NCBI GenBank assembly: GCA_902775285.1
Contig: CACYLI010000002.1
Coordinates: forward strand, 8,413 to 72,412
From: an uncultured Erysipelotrichaceae bacterium
GTDB taxonomy: Bacteria > Bacillota_I > Bacilli_A > RF39 > UBA660
Direction: 5' to 3'
Length of the DNA: 64,000 nucleotides
Part shown: positions 1 to 11,100 of the stretch, one piece after another
Layout of the letters: each line of letters opens with the position of its first letter
Numbering within the stretch: position 1 is the stretch's first letter
Notes under the pieces: model-generated
What the model was told of the DNA's origin: nothing
Database searches by the model: none
Seen by the model: only the letters and a program-made list of their open reading frames with translations
Made by a program: the position numbers and the translations under genes

Positions 1-275
1 GCATATACATGTAAATCAGGTAAAACTTTAACTAAATCAGTAAGAGCACCCATGTTTTCATGATGTGGATGACTAATAAATAAACCAACTATATCATTTT
101 TATGACTAATTAAATATTCAAAATCAGGTATAACATAATCAACTCCATACATCTTATCAGGAGCATATTTCATACCACAATCAAAAATAAGTATTTTATT
201 ATCAACACTTACTGTGTATAAATTCTTACCATTTTCATTTAAGCCACCTAAACTCATTATGTCAATTTTACTCAT
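1..275 (-). CDS. rnj: Ribonuclease J, N-terminal part (runs off window start); J2-like degenerate metal motif
   Basis: Manual translation from ATG at 275: MSKIDIMSLGGLNENGKNLY...DCGMKY...YGVDYVIPDF...GLFISHPHHENMGAL; RBS GAAGGAG upstream. Confidence 0.9.
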   Translation of the reverse strand, partial: MSKIDIMSLGGLNENGKNLYTVSVDNKILIFDCGMKYAPDKMYGVDYVIPDFEYLISHKNDIVGLFISHPHHENMGALTDLVKVLPDLHVY

Positions 276-316
276 AATTTCATCTCCTTCTAATAAAAAG
301 TTCAAATGCTTTATAA

Positions 317-325
317 ATTATAACA
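317..325 (-). promoter_or_regulatory. Extended -10 sigmaA-type promoter element for rnj
   Basis: TGTTATAAT on minus strand ~40 nt upstream of rnj start. Confidence 0.55.
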
Positions 326-333
326 CAAATAAT

Positions 334-361
334 AAAAAAATACTAGTAATACTAGTATTTT
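334..361 (-). terminator. Intrinsic terminator after rpoZ
   Basis: Hairpin ATACTAGT-att-ACTAGTAT followed by T-run on minus strand. Confidence 0.7.
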
Positions 362-373
362 AATAACTACATG

Positions 374-574
374 TTAATTACTCTTTATAGTAATTAATCC
401 TTTTTCAACTTCTTCTAAAGCTCTCCCTATTTCTTTTTTAGATACATATTCATTTTCATTCATTTGGAAATGTTTATGTTCTTTCATAACTTTTGCTCTA
501 TCAGCAGCAATATGAACAAGCTTATATTTAGAATCAACTATATTTAATAGTTTGTCTATTGATGGATATATCAC
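374..574 (-). CDS. rpoZ: RNA polymerase omega subunit
   Basis: YPSIDKLL..VDSKYKLV..AA.RA...ALEE signature; likely GTG start at 574 after a GGGAG/GGTG RBS. Confidence 0.92.
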   Translation of the reverse strand: MIYPSIDKLLNIVDSKYKLVHIAADRAKVMKEHKHFQMNENEYVSKKEIGRALEEVEKGLITIKSN

Positions 575-676
575 TTTTTCACCACTCCCTATCTTTATAA
601 TACTAATATACATTAATAATATTTAGTTTACAATAGAACTAGACACAACTTTTACAATAAAATTAAATATATTATT

Positions 677-1186
677 TTAGCTCTCTTCAATAAATGTTTT
701 ACTTTTATGAGGTTCATCAAATAAAAGACCTGGATAATTTTGTTGTCTTAAAGCTTCATATACCATTATTGCTACTGTATTAGACACATTAAGTGCTCTT
801 ACATTATCTGTCATTGGCATTCTTATACATCTATCTATATATGGTTTTAATATTTTAGGTGGTATTCCTGTACTTTCTTTACCAAAGAAAAAATAATAAT
901 TCTTATCTTTATCACTATAATCAAAATCACTATGTGGTTTATGTCCATACCTTGTTAAAAAGAAATATTCTCCTTTATTTTTAGCAAAAAATTCATCAAT
1001 ATTTTCATATACTGTATAAATACATTTATCAATATAATTAACACCACATCTTTTAATATATTTATCTTCTAAACTAAATCCAAGTGGTTTAATTAAATGT
1101 AAATGAGAATTTGTTGCTACACAGGTTCTCATAATATTTCCAGTATTAGCAGGTATTTCTGGCTCATATAAAACTATATTTATCAC
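677..1186 (-). CDS. trmL: tRNA (cytidine(34)-2'-O)-methyltransferase, SPOUT family
   Basis: IVLYEPEIPANTGNI.RTC, FGKESTG, R.LN.SNTVAI..YE..RQ motifs. Confidence 0.95.
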   Translation of the reverse strand: MINIVLYEPEIPANTGNIMRTCVATNSHLHLIKPLGFSLEDKYIKRCGVNYIDKCIYTVYENIDEFFAKNKGEYFFLTRYGHKPHSDFDYSDKDKNYYFFFGKESTGIPPKILKPYIDRCIRMPMTDNVRALNVSNTVAIMVYEALRQQNYPGLLFDEPHKSKTFIEES

Positions 1187-1210
1187 TCTTCATCACCAAT
1201 AAAATTATAA

Positions 1211-1237
1211 CAAAAAAATACTTCTTTATGAAGTATT
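1211..1237 (-). terminator. Intrinsic terminator closing the T7SS toxin operon (after DUF4176)
   Basis: Hairpin AATACTTC...GAAGTATT plus T-run on minus strand. Confidence 0.65.
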
Positions 1238-1571
1238 ATTCTATTTCTATTATTGGTTCTTCTTTTATAGGAGCTTCAGGTACATCTGGGTTTACTGTTT
1301 GTATTATTTGTAGCATAGACGATAGATTAACTTTAAATTTCTTTTCTTCTTCATCAGAAACTCCCATATGAACAACCTCTAAAATATCACTATGATTAAA
1401 TAGATTAGCCTCTCTATTAGAAAGCATTCCTTCTGGATATAAGCATCCACAATAATCATACATTTTACTTCTTTCATGATTATCATACATACAGAAACCA
1501 GTAATCATTAGTTTTTTTGTGCCTTTTTTTAATTTAACAATTGTTCCTAAAGGTAAATACTTTTCCTCCAT
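1236..1571 (-). CDS. DUF4176 family protein (T7SSb-locus associated)
   Basis: LPLGTIVKLK..KKLMITG...YDY.GCLYPEG...FNHSDI..V...G matches the DUF4176 pattern. Confidence 0.88.
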   Translation of the reverse strand: MEEKYLPLGTIVKLKKGTKKLMITGFCMYDNHERSKMYDYCGCLYPEGMLSNREANLFNHSDILEVVHMGVSDEEEKKFKVNLSSMLQIIQTVNPDVPEAPIKEEPIIEIE

Positions 1572-1572
1572 A

Positions 1573-2076
1573 CTACATCTCCTTATTTAAAATACTTGTT
1601 ACATCTGAATGTGTATAACTTCTTTCATCATTTGTATTTTTTAAACTATCTAGAACCAAATTTACCCCATCTTTTGTTTTTAATATATCAAGTATGCTAC
1701 TTGTATCATCAGATTTATCACAAATAGCATCTCCTGAACCAAGTTTTAATCTATCAAGATTATCTTCTTCATTTTCAAGAATATCATCATTTATTATAAT
1801 ATTATTTTTATCTAGTTTATTATATAAATCATATATTCTACTATCCATCATTATCATAATAGATTTTATTTTTTCAAGTCTTGTATATAGTTCACTTATA
1901 TCATTAAACAATATACCATTTAAGTTTTCTATATCATGAGAATCAATATTATTAATAGATGCAGATGACTTTAAACTAATAACTGATTTTTCTATTTCAG
2001 GTAAAAAATCTATTATTTTTTTAATTTCTTTTAACCCATAATAGAATTCTTCAGGAGATAAATTCATACTATCCAT
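1573..2076 (-). CDS. Hypothetical protein; helical N-terminal half, possibly WXG100/Lap-like hairpin
   Basis: 167-aa ORF abutting both neighbours, with RBS AGGAGG; no recognised family. Confidence 0.6.
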   Translation of the reverse strand: MDSMNLSPEEFYYGLKEIKKIIDFLPEIEKSVISLKSSASINNIDSHDIENLNGILFNDISELYTRLEKIKSIMIMMDSRIYDLYNKLDKNNIIINDDILENEEDNLDRLKLGSGDAICDKSDDTSSILDILKTKDGVNLVLDSLKNTNDERSYTHSDVTSILNKEM

Positions 2077-2316
2077 TTAAATACCTCCTTTTATTCTATT
2101 AGTTATACTATTATTAATAACTCTTAAATCATCAATCATATTATTAACATTTGTTTTTGATTTAGAAAGTACTTCTTTATCAATACTTTGTCCACTTACA
2201 ATAATATCATTTAAATAATTATTAGCATTTTCAATATAATCATTTAATGTAATTAATTTAGTATTTAAATCATTTATACATTTTATTAATTCTTTAGATT
2301 TATTATCTTCATTCAT
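2077..2316 (-). CDS. Small helical protein, possible T7SS targeting factor; shares a motif with the 201-aa ORF
   Basis: 79-aa ORF with RBS GAGG; segment NNYLNDIIVSGQSIDKE resembles SEYLKRVIINSEPFDRG of 23661..24266. Confidence 0.6.
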   Translation of the reverse strand: MNEDNKSKELIKCINDLNTKLITLNDYIENANNYLNDIIVSGQSIDKEVLSKSKTNVNNMIDDLRVINNSITNRIKGGI

Positions 2317-2325
2317 GTAAAACCT

Positions 2326-3027
2326 CTATTTTAATACATTTTCACTTTCAATATCTAATTCTCTAATAGAACTATCACTATATTCAATAACACTAACTTC
2401 CATATTTAATTCATCATTTAATAAATCTTTAAGTTCTTCACATTTTTTTCTAAAAAATGCAAGTCTAGCAAAATATTCATCTCTATTTTCCTTATTATCT
2501 ACTTTAGAAAATCCTGGAACCATTCTTGCTCCAATTACAAGTGAATCATTTGATGAAAAGAAATTTCTTGATGTTGATGGACCATAATTAATATCTATAA
2601 TACTTTTATCTTTATTAACATCTTCAAATATAACTTTTTTAAATGTATTCTTTATAAATGATTCAATTTCATCATTATATTCACTGCCTATTTTACTATC
2701 TAAAAAATCTTTTTCTTCTTTTGATAAAGCTTCAATATATATATTATTTCGAATATAAAAGAATGTTAACTCTTCATTACACAAATATTGATATAAATCT
2801 TGGTATCCTTCACTTACACCAAGTATTTGATGTTTAAATTTTCTAGAATCACCTATTTCATTATCTATTTGTTTTAAAGAAGTATTTTTAATTAAATATT
2901 TAAGAAACATATTATTATAAAAAACATATTCTTTTAAATACTCTTCTTTATCACCTAATTCATTAAAATAATTATAATTTAATAATGGAAATCTTGTAAT
3001 ATACATTTCTTCAGTTATTTTTTTCAT
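2326..3027 (-). CDS. Hypothetical protein, paralog of 3848..4561; candidate immunity protein
   Basis: Shared blocks TRFP, YLIKNTS.K, YQYLC, Y.RNN.Y, NYGPS, LVIG.R, VIEYS.SSIR; start placed at MKKIT from RBS spacing. Confidence 0.75.
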   Translation of the reverse strand: MKKITEEMYITRFPLLNYNYFNELGDKEEYLKEYVFYNNMFLKYLIKNTSLKQIDNEIGDSRKFKHQILGVSEGYQDLYQYLCNEELTFFYIRNNIYIEALSKEEKDFLDSKIGSEYNDEIESFIKNTFKKVIFEDVNKDKSIIDINYGPSTSRNFFSSNDSLVIGARMVPGFSKVDNKENRDEYFARLAFFRKKCEELKDLLNDELNMEVSVIEYSDSSIRELDIESENVLK

Positions 3028-3049
3028 ACTTAACATCCTTTCAATTTAT

Positions 3050-3058
3050 ATTATAACA
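3050..3058 (-). promoter_or_regulatory. Internal extended -10 promoter inside the putative immunity array
   Basis: TGTTATAAT on minus strand in the short gap before the AAAGGA RBS of 2326..3027. Confidence 0.5.
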
Positions 3059-3069
3059 TATTTTTATTA

Positions 3070-3840
3070 TCATAAACTTCTAACATCTTCATTTAATAAA
3101 AAATCTGTAGCATATTCAATAAATTCATTCATCTTCTTTGGATCATGAAACATATGATCTGCTCCTAAAATATCAATAAATTCAATACCATTTTTATTAG
3201 CAAATTCTTTTACTTTTTCAAATGATACTAATTCATCATGAGTACCTTGAAAAATCATTATATCTTCTGAATAATTACTAAAATCATATGTAGTAATATC
3301 ATTATTCTTTAAGTCACTCACAAAATCTGGAGTTAATCTCATTTTTTTATCAAATCCAACTAATATACTTTTACCACTCTTAAGTGCTTTTAATGATTCA
3401 TCATTAAGTATATTATTATTTAAAACTTCATACATGTTTATAGCTGGACATCTAAGTACTATTTTTCTAAAAGGATTAGGATTTTCAGAAATATATTTTA
3501 GTCCTAAATAGCCACCAAAACTTGTAGCATTTAAATAAATATTTTCTGGATTAAATGTCCTATAAATATAACTTAACATATCACTATAGTAATTCATACA
3601 ATCACTTAAACTAAGTTTTTGTCTTACATCTTTTCCATGGCAAGGTAAATCAAATGATATTACACATATATCATCATAACTATCTAACACTTTTTTTGAT
3701 AATCTTCTAGTCGCGGCATTTTCTTTATTACCTGCAAATCCATGGCAAGATAATATAACATTTCTAATATTACTTAAATCATTATAATATATTTTACATT
3801 TAATATTATTATTTTCATTTACTTCAAAATATTTTTCCAT
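3070..3840 (-). CDS. Alpha/beta hydrolase (paralog of 24751..25503)
   Basis: HGFAG, FDLPCHG, nucleophile elbow ATSFGG, GTHDELV (Asp), GADHMF (His). Confidence 0.9.
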   Translation of the reverse strand: MEKYFEVNENNNIKCKIYYNDLSNIRNVILSCHGFAGNKENAATRRLSKKVLDSYDDICVISFDLPCHGKDVRQKLSLSDCMNYYSDMLSYIYRTFNPENIYLNATSFGGYLGLKYISENPNPFRKIVLRCPAINMYEVLNNNILNDESLKALKSGKSILVGFDKKMRLTPDFVSDLKNNDITTYDFSNYSEDIMIFQGTHDELVSFEKVKEFANKNGIEFIDILGADHMFHDPKKMNEFIEYATDFLLNEDVRSL

Positions 3841-3847
3841 AATGCCT

Positions 3848-4561
3848 CTACTTCAAAGTATTAGTTTTACTAATATCTATATTTCTAATAGAAGAAGATG
3901 AATATTCTATAACTTGAACATTTACATCTAATTCATCATTTATTGTTTCTTCAAACATTTCACATATTTGACTAATAACATTCTTTCTTTCTAAGTATTT
4001 TTCTACTAATGAATCATTACTTAAATCATTTACCATTTCATCATATCTAAATCCAATTACTAAAGTTCCATTTTTTACATAAAATGAACTTGAATCAGAT
4101 GGCCCGTAATTTAAAGATGAATCATCACTTGTTTTTTCTTTTATTACTTTATTGAATGTACTTTTAATAAAATTTTCACTTTCACTATCAAAAGAATAAT
4201 TATTACTTAACATTTTATTATCTAAAAATGATTTTTCTTCTTCTGTTAGTCTATCTAAATATAAATTATTTCTAACATAGAAATAGTTTAGCTTATTACT
4301 ACATAAATACTGATACATATCTTTTTCATTATCCATTATAAATGGAATATCATAATTAGAACTATTTTGTAATAATTCTTCTATTTTTTTAATACTTGTA
4401 TTCTTAATTAAATAATCTACTAATAATGTAGTGTATAAAGAATATTCTTTAAAGAAATATTCTTTATCACTATCATTCATACTTTCATAATCATATGTTT
4501 CTAATTTAGGAAATCTAGTATTAAAGATATCTTCATTTAAAACTATTAAACTATCTTTCAT
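3848..4561 (-). CDS. Hypothetical protein, paralog of 2326..3027; candidate immunity protein
   Basis: 237-aa ORF colinear with 2326..3027 over its full length; start overlaps upstream stop by 1 nt. Confidence 0.75.
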   Translation of the reverse strand: MKDSLIVLNEDIFNTRFPKLETYDYESMNDSDKEYFFKEYSLYTTLLVDYLIKNTSIKKIEELLQNSSNYDIPFIMDNEKDMYQYLCSNKLNYFYVRNNLYLDRLTEEEKSFLDNKMLSNNYSFDSESENFIKSTFNKVIKEKTSDDSSLNYGPSDSSSFYVKNGTLVIGFRYDEMVNDLSNDSLVEKYLERKNVISQICEMFEETINDELDVNVQVIEYSSSSIRNIDISKTNTLK

Positions 4562-5121
4562 TATCTATTCATTCCCTTCATTTGTTCATCTATATCTATA
4601 ATATCATATTTACTTTCGTCATTTCCATATGAATTATTACTTAAGTAAGAACCAGGATTTAACTCTTCCTGTTTCAAGAAATTATATTCTTCTTCAGTTA
4701 AATCCTTGATTCTTATGTCACATAAACCATACTTATCATCATAATATAATATTAATCTACCTAACTCATAATACGATTTAATTAATGACTTAGGTTTAAA
4801 ACAAATATGCATATCTTTTTGATTATAAATAATACTAAAACTACCTGCATTTTCTACATTAATTGGGCCTGATTCAGAAAAATAAGAAGCAATATATTTT
4901 TTTTCTAGATCATTTATATCGGGTAATTCATAATCTGACTCTTCTATTCTATTTGATAATGCACAAACACCAGAGCAAATTTCATTACCAAGAACATATA
5001 AATCTAATTCAAATATATTATTAGTATCACCAAATCTAATTGAAAATACATTTGAATAATTATTACCTAGATTAAAGTATAATACAGATTCACCACCAAT
5101 TTTAATTTTTTCTTTATTCAT
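4561..5121 (-). CDS. Hypothetical acidic protein immediately downstream of the giant gene; candidate immunity to its C-terminal domain
   Basis: Start (MNKEK, 5121) overlaps the giant ORF stop, indicating translational coupling. Confidence 0.7.
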   Translation of the reverse strand: MNKEKIKIGGESVLYFNLGNNYSNVFSIRFGDTNNIFELDLYVLGNEICSGVCALSNRIEESDYELPDINDLEKKYIASYFSESGPINVENAGSFSIIYNQKDMHICFKPKSLIKSYYELGRLILYYDDKYGLCDIRIKDLTEEEYNFLKQEELNPGSYLSNNSYGNDESKYDIIDIDEQMKGMNR

Positions 5122-8100
5122 ATGACCACCATCCAATTAAATCTTTCAATTCTTCTTCAGTACAAGTATTTATTTTACCATTTTTCAACATATTTTGGAA
5201 ATCTATATTTTTCATTAATTCATCAAAAGCTTTTTCAGCTAATTGACTATTCGGTAAATAACTTAAAATATAGTTTTTTATGTCTTCATCTGTTGAAAAT
5301 ACATTAAAAACTTTATCTTTAATGATTATTGTTATTATAGATTCATATACTTTAGAAATTAATGTTAGATTATTCTCATCTACTTTAGCATAAACACTAT
5401 CTTTCATTCTTTCTTGCATTTGCATTAAGTTTATTTTTAATTCTGGATTTTCATACATTTCATCTAAATATTTATTTAGGCCTAAATTCTTTCCTCCATC
5501 GAAGTTAAACAATTCCTCTATCATATTTGAAATAGTTATATGAAAGAAAGTACTAGTATAACCAGCATCAGTTGAATCTAAAATCATTGTATTTATTAAT
5601 TCCTGCTTTACAATCATTTTATATTCTTTAGAATTGCTTGGTTTTATCGCTTCATCATTTGAAATCCTTTTACTAATTTCTTTTATATACCATTCAATAG
5701 ATGAAATTATAGGTGCAAGAGCATTTGAGTTAACTCTTTCAGAAGTTGGATACATATGAAATATTTTTTTATCAATATGAAATGTTTTTTTACTAGTTGG
5801 TGAGATATCATTTCCTAATATTTCAATAATAAATCTATAATTTCCATTAGCATTAGCATTAGCATCTACAAGTATTTTAAGACCTCTACTATACTTACTA
5901 CTAGAATATTTGTACTTTTCACTATTATTTTGTTGATTAATACATTTATCTATTGCATTCATATACAAATGCATTGTTGCAAGTCTAGCAATATTTCTTA
6001 TTTTATTTAAATCGCTTGAATCAATTATTCCTTTATTTTTCTTTATTTTTTGTAATATATCAATAATTTCTGTTTCATTTTGATAATTTTGTGTTAAATT
6101 TCCATTTTCATCAATAATTCCAGCTGAAATAAGTAAGCTTTCTAATCTATATTTTCCAGTAAGAGTATCTTTATTAGCACAATAATTTGATTGGCCTATG
6201 CTTTCTGCTATACTACTATCTATTTTTGCAATAATACTTTTTGCTTTTTCATTATTCTCTAAGAAGTTTTTCAAATCTGTATAAAGCTGATTATTCGTTC
6301 CATATCCACCATTTACTTCTATTAAATAATCACCATTTGGGGCCAATTTAAAAGTACCTTTAAAATCTCTTTTTTGTTCTTTTGCAATATTTAATAATTC
6401 ATCCAAATCTGCTTTATTAATTGAAACCGAATAATTCATTAAAACACTTTCAACTATTTCATTAGCGTGTTTTAAACAACCTATAATTCTATCTCCTTCT
6501 TTATGTCCTGACATCTCAATTATTATTCCATTTGTTTCAACTATCATATTTTCTGGAAAACCATTAACAATTGTATCAGATGATTCTATTATTCTTGTTT
6601 TTAAATTACTACTTGCTTTTGAAAAATAATCTACTATAGATGATTTTTGTAATCCATCCAATTTACGAGGACTTGAATTAACCGCACCAACATCTTCACT
6701 ATCATCAATCTCTATTATTGCTGATTGATTATGTTCACTAGATGAATTATTAGCTTCAATAATGTCACTTTCTATATAATAATGTAGTACTTCATCATTT
6801 TTCTTAACACCAAGTAGTTTTTCCATTAATGATTGTTTTGAAGATATTTCTGTTTGTTCTTTAATATAAGATTTTTGTTTTTCAGTTAAATAAACTTCTA
6901 TAGACTTTATAAATGTATAATCATTATCACTAATTGATTCTAATTCTTCTTTTGTTAGACTTCTTATAATTAATTCTTTTAATTTAATTTCATTATAAGA
7001 ATTATAATATAGATTAATCTTTTGTTCTAATGACATACTGTTTATAAATTCATTTACTATTTCTGGATTATCTACTATAAGATTATAGTATTCTAAAAGT
7101 ATTTCTGGATCAGAAGTATATTTTAGTATACTATTAGGTTCCATATTATTAAGTAATTCTATTAATAGTTCTTTATTATCTGTCAATTCAAGAGTATCTA
7201 AATTAATAATATTACTTTCAAGACCTCTTATAACTTGTAAATAATCTTTTTTAGCTATTAATTCTTTAATCTTATTTCTTGTTACTTGAATATTTTCTTC
7301 ACTATTCATTTCTAGATTTAATGAGAATATTGCACTATTATCTGAATATAAATCAGAGTATCTAATTAAAGCTTTATGACCCCAAGTAATAACAATTAAT
7401 CCATCTTCATTAGCACCAATAATAGTAGTAATATGAGCTCCACCTTCATTCCAATTAAAAGTTGAACTATAATCATTAGTTTCATCTAAGTTGTATAATA
7501 CTAATTCATGAGCATCTTTTGATACTACTTTATTTCCTTTTTTATCAGTATCCATTTCAACTCTTTCAGTTAAACTTAATATTTCACCATTAGCAAGTCT
7601 TCTCTTAATATCATTTTTTAATAAATCAATGTCTACTGAACCATCTTCATTATAACTAAGAGTTAATTTAGAACCTTCTGTTTCTATTCCATAGTGTCTT
7701 AAGTAATCAAATGCTATTTGATAATATCCATCTATATTACAAGCATATACTTGCTCTTTAGAATTTGCTGTTCTAAATTTACCATCTTCATTTATTATAT
7801 TTAGTTTTCTCTTACCATCTGTATCAATAGTAAATATTCTTCCATTTGGATTTGTATCTGATGAGTTAAAGAATAAATACATATCAAATAGTAAAGCTCT
7901 AGTATTTAATACTCTTACTCCATTCTCATATTCATACATGTCAAACCCAAATCTACGTTTAAATCCTTCAGGATTGTTTCTAAATATCCATAATATTACA
8001 TTGCATAAATTTGCATAAGAACATGCTCCTTTTTGTGAATCTATAATGTTATTAATTGTTTCAACAATTAAACCTTCTGTCATATTATATTTACTTGAGA

Positions 8101-11100
8101 AATGATCAACAAATCTTCTAAATGAAGGAGTATTAATTTGAGAAGGACCAATTTGTCCATAATTATTTCTTCTAATAAATGAATATATTCTTTCAGATCT
8201 TTTTATTTTTTGATTTGTTCCTAAAGTAGATCTTTTATTTCCATGTCTATGTTTTTCAAAGAAAATTTCTTTTTCAATTAATCCAGTATTAATTCTTGAT
8301 TCTATTAAATCACTCATTTCTGAATCAAATTCATATCTTAAATCAGAAGTAATTCTTCCAACAAATGAAGTATCCTTAGTAATTAATTCTTCTTTAATTA
8401 AATCTATTACTTTTGCACCTTCACTTAAACATAAAGTAAATAACTCAGAATCAGTATATAATACTTTATTATTATATTTATATTCATATACTTTTCTTCC
8501 ATCTATTGTAAGTACACCTAAATAAGTTAATTCACTATCTCCTATTTTAATATTAAATCTATTAGCATGTAATAATCTAGGATTTTCTTTAATATAATCT
8601 AGGATTTTAGTATCATTAGTACTTAAATACAAATCTATTAAATTATTACCATCAATATATTTAATATAGTCATTATTAGTTTGATATAAATATAAGATAT
8701 TACTTGAAGTTAATGAATTAATATTATTAGACATAAATACTTTATTAAGTATTTGATTATTATACTCTCTAATTCCTGTTTTTATAATTAATGAAACAAA
8801 ATCTACATCTATATTTCTATATAATTCATTAAATTCATCAGTACTTAAACTATTTAGGAAATCTATTACATAATTAGATATGAAACCATTATTTAAATCT
8901 GTATTTACCTTATCAAGGAATCTTATCTTATATTCATTATTACTATAAGAATTAATTAATTTTTTTATGTTATCTATTGATTTAATATTATTAACAAAAT
9001 TTGGGAAAGCAGATATTGTATTAGCTAAAAAATCATCAATCTCCATATTACTTAGAATAGTATCACTATCTAAATTTTCTCTTGTTAAATCTATTAAATC
9101 ATATTTATGTTCATTAACAAATTCTTTATCTTTTATTAATTCATTAAATATTTCATCAGTTGTATAATCTAAAATGAAATATACTTTCTTATAATTACCA
9201 TCAGCATCCAATAGTGATCTAATTAGTTTAATATCTTTTATTTCACTAATTAAATCGATATATCCTTCATCAATAAATAATGAATAATTATCAATTTGTA
9301 ATACTCTAGATGCTACTTCATCAGCAGTTAAATCAAATTTAGAGTAACTTGGTGCTATTAATCCTAAATTGTTTTTAACAAATGTATTACTTTCAAATAA
9401 AGTTTTGAATACTTCTTTTGGTATTTTATTAATTAATTCATAATTAAAATGTATATTTGAAAGAATATCTGAATCTATAGATGTTATACATTTAGTAAAT
9501 AATTCTTTATCAAGACTATTTAATATTCTAACAATTGATTCTCCAGGTATTGTTGATAATCTTTCAATTGTATTGTCAAAATCAATACCACTATTTAGTT
9601 TATTTTGAATATCCAATTCAATTATTACATTTTGAATTATACTATTTAATCTTTCTTCAAACTCTAATTTATTAGAATCTGTATTATAACCTTGAATTAA
9701 TCTATTAAACTCTCTTGTTGTAAGTAATCTTTCTTTAACACTCTCATCTATTTCTCTTCCGTTAAGTATATTATCTATTATATTGTCTGATATATTAGTA
9801 GGTTTAGAATCAAGTTTTGAAATTAAATTGTTAATAGAATTAACTATTCTACTATAAATTTTAGAAATAGAATTTGTAATTGTTGATAACTTGTTATTAA
9901 TGCTATTTTTAAGATTAATTAAAGATTTAGTTAATCTTATTTTTTGAGAATCTAAAATTTGATTACTATCTACTTGTTTCTCTATATCAGTAACTATATT
10001 ACTAACTCTTGTTGCTATACTTTCAGTTGCACCAATTTCTACTAAATTTTGTGCTTCAATTATTTTTTGAGTATTCATATCAATATATTCTGATACATTT
10101 ACTCCAATATTTTCTAGAGTTAACAACTCACTAGGAGTTAAAGATTCTAATATTCGTGTTACTTCAGTTCTATCACTAGATTCTAATAACTTATTTATTT
10201 TAGTAGCAATTGTATTACTATAAATAACATATTGGTTATTTTCATCTACTCTAATTCCAAATGAAGTAACAAGTACAGATTTACCATTTGCATCTGTTTC
10301 ATAAATGTTAATATTTAATGCATTATTCTGTGTCTTATTGTTTAATCCAATAGTAATTGTTTTATTATTTCTTCCACCTGTTAATAAATCTTCTTGTGAA
10401 GCAACATCTCTCATATATTGTTGAAGAGTACCTATATTTCTATTTCTAACATTATCTATTCCAAATAATGTAGGTAATGCTTCTAATAAACCTGGAAGAC
10501 CTTTAATATCTTCTAGTTTTATATTTCCTAAAAGTGAAAGACTATCAAATAATTCTAAATCATTTTCTGTTCTGCTTTCAATTAATTCTTCTGTTAATTC
10601 TTTAATGAAATAATCACTTACAGATAATAATGGACTTATTCTTGAATCTACATTTAAAATAGCATCAGTATTACCTTCATTAATAATTTTAAATATAGCT
10701 TTTTGTTTTGCAAGTTTAGCTTTATCTATATTATATTTAATGTTTCCATCTGGATTAGGTAATACCCATCCATAGAAGTATGAACCAAATTCATCAATTA
10801 TATCTCTTACTTCTTCACTAATATTATCATTTACACCATCCATAAATTCTAATCTATAATTAAATGGTGAAATTCTAGATTCTTTTGTTACATTAGCAAA
10901 CTCTGAATCATGCCAATATTTAGATTTGATTTGTTCACTAGATAAATACATAAATCCTGTAGTTGGACGTCCTACTTTAATATTATAATAATCTGGATGT
11001 CCCAATGGAATTGTCATATCTGGAACAATCAAACTTCCATCTTCAAGTATTACATACATAGCAGCATGACTATTATAAACATAACTATTATCATCATACA

